From an uncultured Acidobacteriota bacterium (GTDB lineage: Bacteria > Acidobacteriota > Vicinamibacteria > Vicinamibacterales > CAVVIG01): 64,000 nt of DNA. Positions 47,719 to 61,747 of the stretch are shown here, piece after piece. The translations under genes were made by a program, and so were the position numbers. The stretch spans positions 578,278-642,277 of the forward strand of contig CAWBXO010000004.1 in NCBI GenBank assembly GCA_963792785.1, given 5' to 3'. The notes beneath the pieces were generated by a model, which was not told the origin of the DNA, did no database searches, and was given only the letters and a program-made list of their open reading frames with translations. Each line of letters opens with the position of its first letter. The first letter of the stretch is position 1.

Positions 47719-48560
47719 GCGATCACCTCGACGCCGCGCACCCGCCGCTCGAGGACGACGGCGGCGCCCGCCACGAGCGCGGCGACCATCAGCAGCGACA
47801 CCGGCCACGGCGTGTCGTACTGCAGCGGCAGGCGGAAGATCGACGTTGCCGACCTGCGCGAGATCGCTCGGGGATCGAGACCCACGAGATCATCGAGCCG
47901 CCCGTGACCGCGCGCAGCACGCCGTACAGCGCCTGGCTGAAGAAGATCAGCGCGGCGTAGAGGATCGCCGACGAAGCGGCTGCTCTTCGAGAGCGAGGAG
48001 AGCGCGAGCATCGCCGCCGACGCCACGACGCAGATCGAGCACCGCGAAGAGCGTGATCGCCGGGAAGAGATACACGTTATTGCGGAAGAACGTGAAGTTG
48101 CCGGCGAACACGATCTGGATGACCAGCAGGAGCACGCCGGGGATCCACGTGATGAACAGCAGGAAGGCCATCAGGATGGCCAGCTTCCCGAAGATGTACT
48201 CGCCGCGGGTGAGCGGCTTCGACAGGTAGATCTGCAGCGCGTTGGCGCGCCGGTCGTTGGCGATCAAGCCCGCCGCCGACGTACACCGTGACGAAGAAGA
48301 CGAAGAGGAGCTGCTGGTCGAGGAACTGCCGGAACGTGTCGGGCGTGGGCGCGAGGAACGCGACCTGGGCCAGCGTTGGAGGACGCGTAGATCTGAACGG
48401 CGCGCACGACGAACGGCATCCAGGCCAGGAGCAGCAGCGCGAGGAACTGCCGCTTGGCGAGCGCGGAGCGGATGCCCGCGATGGCAATGACGGACCAGGC
48501 GCGGCCGCGCGGCACGCGCTGGCCCGCATACCGCCGGTAGCCCTGATCGTGAATCGGCAT
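47715..48560 (-). pseudogene. ABC-2-type permease, frameshifted (at least 3 shifts)
   Basis: The pieces MPIHDQGYRRYAGQRVPRGRAWSVIAIAGIRSAL..., QVAFLAPTPDTFRQFLDQQLLFVFFVTVYVGGGL, IANDRRANALQIYLSKPLTRGEYIFGKLAILMAFLLFITWIPGVLLLV and the tail ...LERRVRGVEVIA occupy different frames. ATGA overlaps occur at both ends. Confidence 0.7.
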
Positions 48561-49498
48561 CAGCGCTCACCCACCGCGCGGGCGAACACATCCTCGAGCG
48601 TCGGCACGCTCGGCCGCAGGTGGCGCACCTGCACCTTCTCGCGGGCGGCCAGGACGAAGAGCGCGCGGGGGTCGCCGTCGCCCGGCACGAACACACGCAT
48701 CACGTCCTCGTCGGTCTCATGGCAATCGAGCCCCTCGGCCCGGAGCGTCGTGAGGAACGGCTCGAGTGCGCCGTCGGCCGTCTTCACCCGCAGCTCGAAC
48801 ACCTGGCCGCGTGCCTGCTTCAGCGACGTCGATCGGGCCCGACGCGGCCACGCGCGCCTTTGTCCATCACGATGACGTGCCGGCACGTGTACTCGACGTC
48901 GGGCAGCAGGTGCGACGAGAGGATGAGGTTCACGCCCTTGTTGAGCGCCAGGTCGCGCACGAGCTCGAGCATCTCGTCGCGGCCTTTCGGATCCATGCCG
49001 TTGGTCGGCTCGTCGAGGAACAGGAGGTCGGGATCGTGCACCAGCGCCTGCGCGAGCTTGATGCGCTGCTTCATGCCGGTCGAGTAGGTCTCGACGTTGC
49101 GGTAGCGCGCCTCGCCGAGGCCGACGTAGAAGAGCACCTCGTGCGCGCGCTGCATCGCGTCGGTCTTGGGCAGGCCGGCGAGCTCGCCGCAGTATGCGAC
49201 AAGGAGACGGCATTCATGCCGGGAATGTGGCGCGTCGCTCTCGGGCATGTAGCCGACGCGGGCGCGGATATCGAGCGGCGCCGCGGCCACGTCGAGGCCG
49301 AGCACGCGCATCGTCCCGCGCGTCGGGCACGATGAAGCCGAGCAGCGCCTTGATCATCGTGCTCTTGCCCGCGCCGTTCGGGCCGAGCAGGCCGACCGCG
49401 CCGGCGGGGAACGCCGTCGTGACGTCCTCGAGCGCCCGCTGGGCGCCGTAGGCGACCGTCAGCGTCTCGAGCGTGGCGACGGCGGGAAGCTCAGCCAT
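48560..49498 (-). pseudogene. ABC transporter ATP-binding protein, frameshifted (at least 3 shifts)
   Basis: MAELPAVATLETLTVAYG...GLLGPNGAGKSTMIKALLGFIVP, then YSTGMKQRIKLAQALVHDPDLLFLDEPTNGMDP...LILSSHLLPDVE, then the tail ...VFELRVKTADG...PTLEDVFARAVGER lie in different frames. Confidence 0.8.
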
Positions 49499-49548
49499 GT
49501 GTCAGTGGAATAGACGGTGGGCGCGCGCGCAGGTTCCGCACGGCCGGC

Positions 49549-50119
49549 CTACAGAGCGCCGCGCAGCCCCAGTTCCTCGGCGCGCTCGCGCAGCGCCGCG
49601 ATCACGTTGCCGATGTGCTCCTCGAGCGGGAGACCCAGGATCTCGGCGCCGCCCCGCAGATCCTCGCGCTTCACCGCCCGGGCGAAGGCTTTGTCCTTCA
49701 TCCGCTTCACGACCGACTTGGGCTCCAGATCCAGCACGCTCTTCGAGGGCCGCACGAGCGCGGCCGCGGTCACGAAGCCCGACATCTCGTCGCAGGCCCA
49801 GAGCGTCTTCTCGAGCAGGCTCTCGCGCGTGACGCCGCTGTAGTCGGCGTGCGAGAGGATCGCGCGCGTGACCCACTCCGGGTAGCCGCGCTCCCGCAGG
49901 ATCTCGCAGCCGCGGAACGGGTGGTCCTCCGCCGACGGCCACCGCTCGTAGTCGAAGTCGTGCAGCAGCGCGACGATGCCCCAGGCCGTCCTCATCCTCG
50001 CCGAACCGGCGCGCGTAGCCCACGACCGACGCCTCGACCGCCAGCGCGTGCTTCAGCAGGCTCTCGCCCGTCGTGTACTCGTGCAGCAAGGCCCACGCCG
50101 CGTCGCGATTCAGCTCCAT
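49549..50119 (-). pseudogene. HD-domain phosphohydrolase with one frameshift near 49975-49990
   Basis: The N-terminal MELNRDAAWALLHEYTTGESLLKHALAVEASVVGYARRFGEDED is in one frame. The continuation AWGIVALLHDFDYERWPSAEDHPFRGCEIL... is ORF 49549..49995. Confidence 0.75.
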
Positions 50120-50131
50120 GCCCCGGGCATC

Positions 50132-50572
50132 TTACCGCAGGGGCAACGCTTTCCGAATCACGGCGATCGCCGGCGCGGGCACACCGATCGCCTCGAGCTC
50201 GGCGAGCGGCACGAAGCGCGCGTCGGCCGCGTCGCTCGCGGCGTGCAGCACGCCACCCGTCGCCCGGCACAGGAAGTCGGCGATCACGTAGTGATACGTG
50301 ACGCGGCCGTCGTCGTCCGCATGGAGGGAGTCGACGACGTCGACGAGTGGGCCGACGTCCACCACGAGCCCCGTCTCCTCGAGCAGCTCGCGCGCGACGG
50401 CGGCGCGCAGGGTCTCGCCGAATTCCACCGTGCCGCCCGGGATCGTCCAGACGCCGCACAGCGGCTCGTGCCCGCGGCACACCAGCAGCACCGCGGGGCC
50501 ATCGAACACGACCGCACCGACGCCGAGGACGGGGCCCGTATCGCTACTGCGCCGGCTTGGCGCGTCCGACAT
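50132..50572 (-). CDS. NUDIX hydrolase
   Basis: Intact 146-aa ORF with the Nudix box GGTVEFGETLRAAVARELLEETGL. Confidence 0.85.
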   Translation of the reverse strand: MSDAPSRRSSDTGPVLGVGAVVFDGPAVLLVCRGHEPLCGVWTIPGGTVEFGETLRAAVARELLEETGLVVDVGPLVDVVDSLHADDDGRVTYHYVIADFLCRATGGVLHAASDAADARFVPLAELEAIGVPAPAIAVIRKALPLR

Positions 50573-51116
50573 ACGCGCCGCGGGCGACGATCTTGCCGTC
50601 CATCGCCTTCTCGACGTCGGCGCGGCTCGCCGTGGCGGGCAGATCGAGCGTCGAGTTGAGCGCGTAGACCTCGAAGATGTAGTGGTGATACGGATGCCCC
50701 GCCGGCGGCGCGGGCCCCATGTACTGCGGGCCGCGCATGCTGAGCTGATGGGCGTCCGAGGGAACCGGGCCGCCTTCCGGCAGCGACGTCACGCTCGCGG
50801 GCATGTTCCAGACCACCCAGTGCGTGATGTCGTTGGTCAGATTCCCGGCGGGAATCGCCACGTCGAGGTCGTGCATGATCAGCACGTAGCTCATCGTGCC
50901 GGCGGGCGCGCCGCTCCAGCTCAATTGCGGCGAGACGCCCTGGCCGCCCGTGTACTTGGCGGGGATCTCCGCGCCGTCGGCAAACGACGTCGACGTCACC
51001 GTAATCATCGCCAGCCCGCCACCCCGTCCGCCGCGCCCCTGCGCGAACGCCGCGCCCGAGGCCAGCCCGATCGCCAACGCCTGAATCAGCAATAGTCGGA
51101 TTACCTGTCTCCGCAT
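50544..51116 (-). CDS. YbhB/YbcL-family (PEBP / Raf-kinase-inhibitor-like) secreted protein
   Basis: ATG 51116-51114 has GGAGGGA 4 nt upstream. A signal peptide is present, and family motifs are YVLIMHDLD...THWVVWN...GPAPPAG.PYHHYIFEVYAL. Confidence 0.8.
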   Translation of the reverse strand: MRRQVIRLLLIQALAIGLASGAAFAQGRGGRGGGLAMITVTSTSFADGAEIPAKYTGGQGVSPQLSWSGAPAGTMSYVLIMHDLDVAIPAGNLTNDITHWVVWNMPASVTSLPEGGPVPSDAHQLSMRGPQYMGPAPPAGHPYHHYIFEVYALNSTLDLPATASRADVEKAMDGKIVARGAYVGRAKPAQ

Positions 51117-51136
51117 GTGCTCCCTCCGTGGCAATT

Positions 51137-53718
<2,582 letters not shown>

Positions 53719-53739
53719 CCGCCGACGATCTTGACGCGG

Positions 53740-54614
53740 ATTGCGGCGACTCGACGATCTCGTGTCGCCGCCCAGGCAGCCGGGCGTCGAAGGGCAGCGG
53801 CAGCAGGTCCTTGAGGCGATGCACGCCCTTCTCTTCCGCGAGGTTGCCGAGGAGGACCTCGAGGTTGCCGCCGAACTCCCACAGGATCTGGCGGCAGGCG
53901 CCGCAGGGCGGCGTCGGTTCGTCGGTGTCGGCGACGATCGCGATGCGGGTGAACGCCGCGGTGGCCGTCGGAGAGCGCCTTGAACATCGCCACGCGCTCG
54001 GCGCAGATCGTGAGGCCGTAGGTGGCGTTCTCGATGTTGCAGCCGGTGACGACCGTGCCGTCGGCCGTCTCGAGCGCCGCGCCGACCTTGAAGTGCGAGA
54101 ACGCCGCGTCGGCGTTCTCGCGCGCGCGGCGCGCGGCGGCGAGCAGGTCGAACGGCCCGGTGTGCTCCTTGAAGCGGCGCGGGCCCAGCCGGCGATCGCG
54201 GCCCGTCCGGCGGTCGCCCTCGGGGCGCCCCGCGTCTCGCGTCCGCCGGTCGAACCCGGCGCGGCGATCCGACTCGACCGTCACGCGCCGGTCGTCGAGC
54301 AGCAGCCGCAGCGCCTCCCCACGGCGCACGCCGTTGACGACGTGCGTGACGCGCGAGACCTCGTAGATGCGGCCCGTCACCACCTGCACCTCGCGATCGG
54401 CGTGGCAGGCCTCGGCGGCGGACGCGCTGGCCCAGTGGCGGACGGCGTAGAAGCGGCGGGCATCGCCCTCGTCGCGGATGATCTCGACGCGGCCGTAGCC
54501 CTTCGCCGCCACGAGCGCTTCGAACTCGCGCGAGAGCCGGAGGAACTCCTCCTCGCGCCCGTCGATGATGTCGACGAGCGAAACCGACAGCCGCCCGATG
54601 TCAGAGACGGCCAA
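53740..54614 (-). pseudogene. cdd: Cytidine deaminase preceded, in one ORF as sequenced, by an ABM/Dabb-like ~95-aa domain and an Arg-rich DRR-repeat linker; frameshifted, 3' end unresolved
   Basis: The Cdd core [43 protein letters not shown] is followed after a shift by [15 protein letters not shown]...LKDLLPLPF. No stop is seen before the mtnA start in any of the three forward reading frames, so the end coordinate is approximate. Confidence 0.65.
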
Positions 54615-55486
54615 TGATGCCCTCCAGCAGAGCGACGAACGGCCCGGTCACGCGGTCGGTCGCCGCGAGCACGTCGGCGTGGCTCGAGCGGCTGCGGCAG
54701 CACGCCGGCGGCCATGTTCGTGATGCACGAGACGCCCGAGCACCTCGATCCCCATGTGCCGCGCGACGATGGCCTCGGGCACGGTGGACATGCCGACCGC
54801 GTCGGCGCCGATCGTCCGCAAGTATCGGATCTCGGCGGGCGTTTCGTAGCTGGGCCCGAGCAGGGCGGCATAGACGCCGTGCGCGCAGCGGCGATCCGCC
54901 TCCCCGGCGGCGGCCTCGTCGGCGAGCGCGCGCAGCCGCGGCGAGTAGACCTCGCGTCATGTCGGGAAAGCGCGGGCCGAACCGGTCGTCGTTGACGCCG
55001 ACGAGCGGGTTGCGCCCATCAGGTTGATGTGGTCGTCGATGACCATCAGGCGCGCCCTGGCTGCGAACGCCGGTGTTGATGCCGCCGGCGGCGTTGGTCA
55101 GGATCAAGCGTGCGCACGCCCAGCCAGGCCCAGGACGCGCACCGGCGAACGTCACGCGTGCCGGCGTCGTGCCCTTCGTAGACGTGGCACCGGCCCGCGA
55201 GCACGGCCACGCGCCGCCCGCGCGTCGTGCCCACGACGAGCCGTCCGGCGTGGCCGACGACGCGGGGCACGGGCCAGTGCGGGAGGTCGGCGTACGGCAT
55301 CGATCGTCGCGTCGTCGAGCCGCGCGGCGAAGTCGCCGAGGCCCGAGCCCAGGACGACGGCGATGTCGGGCGGATCGGGGACCCGCGCGCGGACGACGTC
55401 AGCGGCGGCGCTCGCCTGCTCGTATTCTGCCGCGCCGGAGCCTCGGCCAGGGCGGCCGCGCCGGAGCTCGGCGAGGCGGCGGTCAC
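54601..55486 (-). pseudogene. Purine nucleoside phosphorylase (trimeric PNP / PunA-type), frameshifted (several shifts)
   Basis: Pieces [37 protein letters not shown]...[83 protein letters not shown] and the tail [26 protein letters not shown] lie in alternating frames. The proposed GTG start overlaps the nupC stop. Confidence 0.8.
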
Positions 55487-56738
55487 AGCAGGAACCCGGC
55501 GATGGTCGGCGGTCATGAAGTTGGCCAGCGTCCCGGCGATCATCGCGCGCAGGCCGAGGCGCGCCAGGTCGTGGCGGCGTTCCGGCGCGAGCGCGCCGAT
55601 GCCGCCGATCTGGATGCCGATCGAGCTGAAGTTCGCGAATCCGCACAGCGCGAAGGTCGCGATCGTGAACGACCGCGGATCGAGCGGTGCCCTTGAGCGG
55701 CCCGAGCTGCGAATAGGCGACGAACTCGTTCAGCGACCATGCGCGTGCCGAGCAGGTTGCCGATCGCGGGCGCGTCGCGCCAGCGGCACGCCGAGGCTCC
55801 ACGCCACGGGCGCGAAGACCCAGCCGAAGATCTGCCTGCAGGCTGAGCCCCGCCAGGCCGAGCAGCGCGTTGACGAGCGGCGATCAGGGCGAGGAACGAG
55901 ATCAGCATCGCCCCGACGTTCAGCGCGAGGTGCAGGCCCTCGCTCGTGCCGCGCCCGGCCGCGTCGATCACGTTGACGTCGGTGCGCTCGACCTCGAGGT
56001 GGACGGCGCCCGTCGTCTCGCGGCTCGTCGGTCTCGGGCACGAACATCTTGGCCATCATGAGCGTGCCGGGCGCCGTCATGATGACGGCGGTGAGCAGGT
56101 GCCGCGCCTCGACGCCGAACAGGATGTAGGCGCGCCATGATGCCGCCCGAGATGTGCGCCATCCCGGACGTCATCACCGTCATCAGCTCCGATTCGCGTC
56201 ATGTCGGGCAGGTAGGGCCGGATCGTCAGCGGCGCTTCGGTCTGCCCCATGAAGATGCTCGCGGCGACGTTCAGCGACTCGGCGCCGCTCGCGCCCATCA
56301 CGCGGTGCATCACCGACGGCGAACAGCCGCACGACGAACTGCATCACGCCGAAGTAGTAGAGGATCGCGAACAGCGCCGCGATGAAGATGATCGTCGGCA
56401 GCACCTGGAACGCGAAGATCGTCGCGTACTGCGCGCCATCGGGCCCGAGCGCCGCCGTCATCGCGTGCGGCCCCAGACGCTGGAGTCGCCGAGCGGCCCG
56501 AAGACGAACGACGAGCCCGACGGTGGTGAACGCCGAGCAGCCGCGTGACGAGGTCGCCGAGCGCGGTGAACACGCGCTGGCCGATCGCGGTCTTCAGCAC
56601 GATCAGGGCGAACACCACCTGCAGGCCCAGGCCCCAGGCGATCGTGCGGAGGCGGATCGCGCGGCGGTTCGACGACAGCGCATACGCGATCGCCAGAATG
56701 AGCGCGGCGCCGATCAGAGACTGCAGGCGGCCGATCAT
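55483..56738 (-). pseudogene. nupC: NupC-family nucleoside:cation symporter, frameshifted (at least 6 shifts)
   Basis: Pieces [163 protein letters not shown] and [24 protein letters not shown] lie in alternating frames. The natural end ...TATIAGFLL-TGA is recovered by removing one base near 55500. Confidence 0.85.
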
Positions 56739-58072
56739 GCGTTCGCGCCCTCCCCTCCGATGTCCTCGCCGATGGCTTCGATGATGAGCGGCACGGGCGC
56801 CGGCGGCGCCGGGCCGACCGCCAGAGCCTGCCGGACGAGCGGCAGCGCCACGTTGAGGCGCGCCGCGTCCCGGTAGTGCAGCTCGAGCACCGGGGCCCCC
56901 GCCGCGACCGCGTCGCCGGGCTTCGCGCGGATCAGGATGCCCACGCCGTGGTCGACCGGATCGGCCGCGCGGTCGCGGCCGGCGCCCAGCGGCGACCGCG
57001 GCGCGGCCGACCAGCTCCGCGTCGAGCCGCGCCACGTAGCCGGCGTGCGGCGCCGTCACCACGTGGCGCTCGGGCGCCGACGGCAGGCGGCCGTAGTCGT
57101 CGACGACGCGCGGATCGCCGCCCTGCCCCTCGATGATGCGGCGGAACCGGTCGAGGCCGGCGCCGGATCGGATCGCCTCGCGCACGCGCGCCTCGGCGTC
57201 CGCGCGGTCGCCGGCCACGCCGCCGAGCACGAGCATCCGCGCGGCCAGCGCGACCGACAGTTCGACGAGATCGGCGGGGCCGCCGCCCTTCAGCGACTCG
57301 AGGCACTCGACCACCTCGAGCGCGTTGCCGACGGCGCGGCCGAGCGGCGTGTGCATCGCCGTGATCAGCGCCTCGGTGCGCACGTGCGACGCGCGCCCGA
57401 TGGCCACGAGCGATTCGGCGAGCGCGCGCGAACGCTCCGGCGTCTTCATGAACGCCCCGCTGCCCGTCTTCACGTCGAGCACGAGGCCGTCGATGCCCTC
57501 GGCGATCTTCTTGCTCATGATCGACGCGCTGATGAGCGGAATGCTCTCGATCGTGCCCGTGACGTCGCGGAGGGCATACAGCGTGCTGGTCGGCCGGGGC
57601 GATTTCGTCGGTCTGGCCGATCATCGCGCAGCCGGTGTCCACCAGCGCCTGCCGCATCTCGTCGAGCGACAGACCGCACGCGGAACCCCGGGATCGACTC
57701 GAGCTTGTCGAGGGTGCCGCCGGTGTGGCCGAGGCCCCGGCCCGACATCATCGGCACGGGCACGCCGCAGGCGGCCACGACGGGCGCGAGGACGAGCGAC
57801 GTCTTGTCGCCCACCCCGCCGGTGCTGTGCTTGTCCACCTTCCGGCCGGGGATGGCGCTCAGGTCCACGCGGACGCCCGAGTGGACCATCGCGTCGGTCA
57901 GCCAGGCGGTCTCCTCGGCCGTCATGCCGCGGAGCACCATGGCCATGAGCAGGGCCGCGATCTGATAGTCCGGCCAGGCCCCGGTCGTGACACCGGCCAC
58001 GAAGGTCCGGATTTCCTCGCGCGTCAGCGTCCCGCCGTCACGTTTCTTGACGATGACGTCCACCGCGCGCAT
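56735..58072 (-). pseudogene. deoA: Thymidine / pyrimidine-nucleoside phosphorylase, frameshifted (at least 4 shifts)
   Basis: Pieces [21 protein letters not shown]...[25 protein letters not shown]...[68 protein letters not shown]... and GILIRAKPGDAV...LELHY lie in different frames. There is an ATGA overlap with nupC. Confidence 0.85.
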
Positions 58073-58101
58073 GTGGCGGCAGTATATCGGATAATCACCC
58101 C

Positions 58102-60306
58102 ATGCCTGAGGCGCCGCAGCTGTCGCCGCAACTGGCGCAAGAAGTGCAGCAGCTCGCCCGTGCGCTCATGACGGCGACCCGCAGCTGGACGCTCTACCCG
58201 CCGGCGCACCCCACCGTCGGCCAGTCGGTCGTCCGTCTCGAGGAGGTCGTGCGCCGCTCGGTCTCGAGCGCGGTGTTCTCCATCGGCATCGCGCCGGACA
58301 CGCTCATCATCGAAGGCGCGCTCGCCGACGCCTCCCAGGGCGGGATTGCCGAGGCCGCGGCCCTGCTCCACGACCACGACCTCCTCCGGCTCACGTTCGT
58401 CGGCGACGTCCCGGCCGAGGCCCTGCGGCGCCTGCTGAAGATCCTGTCGACGGACCCCAACGAGGTCCGCCGGCGCGGCGGCCCTGCGTCGATCTGGGGC
58501 GCCGAGGGCCACTCCTCCATCGTCATCGAGCAGGTCGACTACCAGAAGGTCCTCGCGCGCGAGAAGACCGACGCCCCCGAGGCGGCGCGCCGCGACGATA
58601 TCTGGCATTCGATCGTCGCCGACATCGGATCGCCGCGGGCCGTCTTCGACGAGCGCGCGCAGCGGCGTCTCCTCGAGATCGCGGGCAGCCCGGTCGACAT
58701 CGGCGCGATGGCCACGGCGGTCATGGCGCCCAAGTGCGCGCCCGACGGCTCGCCCATGATCACGACGCAGGCGGCGATGGTGCTCGCCGCGTTCCGCCAC
58801 CTGACGAACATCGTGGGCGTCATGGCCCCCGAGCGCCTCCCCGAAGTCATGGGCAACCTGGCGTCGGCCGCCACGCAGCTCGACGCGCGGGTCGTGATGC
58901 AGGTCATGCAGACCGAGGAGCACGCCGGCGATCGCCTCGCCGTCGTGCACGGCATGGCCGCCGCGTTCGACGATGCGAAGGTGGCGCAGCTCCTGGCCAC
59001 GTCGCTCGCGCTCGACGGCCAGGCCTCGGATCGGCTGGCGACGATCTTCAACACCATCGCGCCGGACGAGGACCGCAAGCGGCGCGTCCTCAGCCTCACG
59101 CGCAACCTGCTCAGCGAGACCGATTTCGGCCGCGCCTCGCAGTTCGAGCGGCTCTGGACCTCGATGGAAGAGCTGCTCATCACCTACAACGAGAAGCCGT
59201 TCATGTCGGAGGCGTACCGGACGTCGCTCGATGGAATGGGAGGTCGCGCCGAACGGATGGCGACCCTCGACCTGCCGCCAGAACTGCCCGAGTGGGTCGA
59301 GACCCTGGGCCAGGAGAACGTCCGGAAGCTGTCCGTCGCGCTGCTCATCGATCTGCTGACGCTCGAGCGCGACGAGGCGCGGGCCACCGACATCGCCGCC
59401 GACATGGAGGCGCTCGCCGAGGACCTGCTGATGGGCGGCGCCTACGACGACGGCGCCACGGTCGCGCGGGCGCTGGCGGTGCGCGGCGCCGCCAACGGGC
59501 TGGTGGGGCGCGACGCCTGCCGCCGCTCGCTCGATCGGCTCGGCGAGTCGCTCGCGATGCGGGAGACGGCGGCGCTCGTGGGCGACGTGGACGAGCCCGC
59601 GTGGTCGGCCATCCGGAGCGTGGTGGTGACCATCGGCCCGTCGACGATCGAGGCGCTCAGGCCCCTGATCGCGGTCGAGCAGGAAACGGCCGGATCGCGG
59701 CGCGCGACCGAGGTGGTGCTGGGCTTCGGTGTGGCGGCGGTGTCGCGCCTTGGGGCGCTCGTCGGCGACCCGCGCTGGTTCGTGCAGCGCACGGGCGCCG
59801 AGCTGCTGGGGCGGATCGCGGCGCCCGAGGCCGTCTCGCTGCTCCAGCCGCTCCTGCGCAAGAGCGACCCGCGCGTGGCCCGGGCGGCGGTCATCGCCCT
59901 CTGCAACATCGACGATCCGGCCGCGGCGCGCGCCGTGCATACGGTGCTGCGGGCGGCCACGGGGACGCTGCGAGACGCCGTGATCGACGCCCTGGTCGCC
60001 GATCAGGATCCGCGCGTCGTGCCGATGCTGTCGCGTATCCTGCAGGAGAGCGAGCCGATGACCAAGGACCACGAGGTCGTGCTCGGCACGATTGCGGCGA
60101 TCGGCCGGGTGGGCGGCGACGGGGCGCTTCCCGCCGTCACCGCGATCATGCGACGGCGCGGCTGGCTCGGCCGGAAGAAGTTGCGGGCGCTCAAGGAGGC
60201 GTCGGTGGCGACCCTGCGCCGGATCGGGACGCCGGCGTCGGCCGCCGTCCTGGCCGACGCCGCGCGCACGGGCGACCGGATGCTGCGCCGGATCGCGGCA
60301 CACTGA
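58102..60306 (+). CDS. Large HEAT-repeat (PBS-lyase HEAT-like) scaffold protein with the N-terminal LYP..HP motif
   Basis: Intact 734-aa ORF. C-terminal HEAT-like repeats are present ([38 protein letters not shown]). The N-terminus is [27 protein letters not shown]. Confidence 0.7.
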   Translation: MPEAPQLSPQLAQEVQQLARALMTATRSWTLYPPAHPTVGQSVVRLEEVVRRSVSSAVFSIGIAPDTLIIEGALADASQGGIAEAAALLHDHDLLRLTFVGDVPAEALRRLLKILSTDPNEVRRRGGPASIWGAEGHSSIVIEQVDYQKVLAREKTDAPEAARRDDIWHSIVADIGSPRAVFDERAQRRLLEIAGSPVDIGAMATAVMAPKCAPDGSPMITTQAAMVLAAFRHLTNIVGVMAPERLPEVMGNLASAATQLDARVVMQVMQTEEHAGDRLAVVHGMAAAFDDAKVAQLLATSLALDGQASDRLATIFNTIAPDEDRKRRVLSLTRNLLSETDFGRASQFERLWTSMEELLITYNEKPFMSEAYRTSLDGMGGRAERMATLDLPPELPEWVETLGQENVRKLSVALLIDLLTLERDEARATDIAADMEALAEDLLMGGAYDDGATVARALAVRGAANGLVGRDACRRSLDRLGESLAMRETAALVGDVDEPAWSAIRSVVVTIGPSTIEALRPLIAVEQETAGSRRATEVVLGFGVAAVSRLGALVGDPRWFVQRTGAELLGRIAAPEAVSLLQPLLRKSDPRVARAAVIALCNIDDPAAARAVHTVLRAATGTLRDAVIDALVADQDPRVVPMLSRILQESEPMTKDHEVVLGTIAAIGRVGGDGALPAVTAIMRRRGWLGRKKLRALKEASVATLRRIGTPASAAVLADAARTGDRMLRRIAAH

Positions 60307-60308
60307 TC

Positions 60309-61664
60309 ATGGAACCGAAACAGGCCGAGGAAATCGTCCGGCGGCTGGCCGCCGCGCTGCGCGGGATCGAGCTGTATTCGCCGACGCACCCGCTGGTCGA
60401 GCGCGGCCTCGACGCGATGACCGCCCGCGTGGCGGCCGTGCATGCAGAGCGAGCCGGGGCTCGTGATCGGCTTCATCGGCGACGAGGTCGTCGTGAACGC
60501 CGTGCGCCTGCCGCGCGGCACCGCCGCCCTCGTCGGCCTGGCGCGCGGCGTGCGCGAGCGCGAGATCGAGAAGATCATCCTGTCGCCGGGCGTCACGCGC
60601 GAGGAGATCCGCGCGTTCGTCGCCGAACTGGCCGACCGCAAGGCCTCGCGGCCGCTGGCCGACCGGCTCACCGCTCGCGGCGTGCGGCACATCACGATCG
60701 GCAAGATCGTCGATCGAGGAGTCGAACGAGGACAGGCACGGGCATCGCCGCCGCGAAGCGCGTGTACCAGACGGCCGTCGAGACGGCCGAGAACCTCTGG
60801 CACGCGGCCAAGGCCGGCGACCAGCCGGATCCCGGCGCGGCGCGCAAGATCATCGACAGCCTGGCGAAGCTCGTGAACCAGGACCGCACGTCGCTGATGG
60901 CGCTCACCGCGCTCAAGAAATACGATAACTACACGTTCACGCACATGGTGAACGTGTCGGCGCTCGCGATGGCCCAGGCCCGCGCGCTGAACCTGGAGGG
61001 CGCGCTGCTCCGCGAGTTCGGCTTCGCCGCCCTGATGCACGACATCGGGAAAGTGCACACGCCGCTCGAAGTGCTGAACAAGCCGGACAAGCTCACGAAG
61101 GACGAGTTCGAGGTGATGAAGCGGCACGTCGTCGACGGCGCCCACATCCTGCGCCGCACGCCCGAGATGCCCGCGCTGGCGCCGATCGTGGCGTTCGAGC
61201 ACCATTTGAAGCAGGATCTGAGCGGCTATCCCGAGAACATCGGCAGCCGGAAGCTGAACCTGTGCACGCAGATCGTGAGCATCGCCGACGTCTTCGACGC
61301 CCTGCGCAGCAACCGCCCGTACCGCCAGGGCCTCGCCACCGTGCGCATCCGCGCGATCATGGGCGAGCAGGACAGTCCGGCGTTCAACCCCGCGCTGCTG
61401 AAGCGCTTCGTGAACATGATGGGGCTGTTCCCCGTCGGCAATCTGGTACGGCTCGACAGCGACGAGCTCGCCGTCGTCACCGCCGAGCACCCGACCGATC
61501 CCTTCCGGCCGCAGGTCAAGATTCTGACCGACGCGCTCGGAGCGAAGCTCGAGGAGCCCGTGCTCCTCAACACCTGGGAGTCCGGCTTCCGCGGCGAACA
61601 GCGCGCCGTGGTGGAAGCCGTCGATCCCGAAGAGGTGGACTTTGACCCCCTCGCCTTCCTCTGA
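60309..61664 (+). pseudogene. HD-GYP-domain phosphodiesterase (c-di-GMP), with at least 2 frameshifts in the N-terminal third (near 60442 and 60715-60735)
   Basis: The N-terminal MEPKQAEEIVRRLAAALRGIELYSPTHPLVERGLDAM is in one frame. The middle QSEPGLVIGFIGDEVVVNAVRLP...RGVRHITIGKIV is ORF 60442... The C-terminal part has HDIGK, the HHLKQDLSGYPE (GYP) motif and DVFDALRSNRPYR. Confidence 0.8.
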
Positions 61665-61747
61665 GCCCGTCGAGCTGCTCGGCGCCGGACGAGACGACGC
61701 GCGTCACGGAATTCGCGCGCGCGTGCAAGGCCGCGGCGCGCGCCGTC

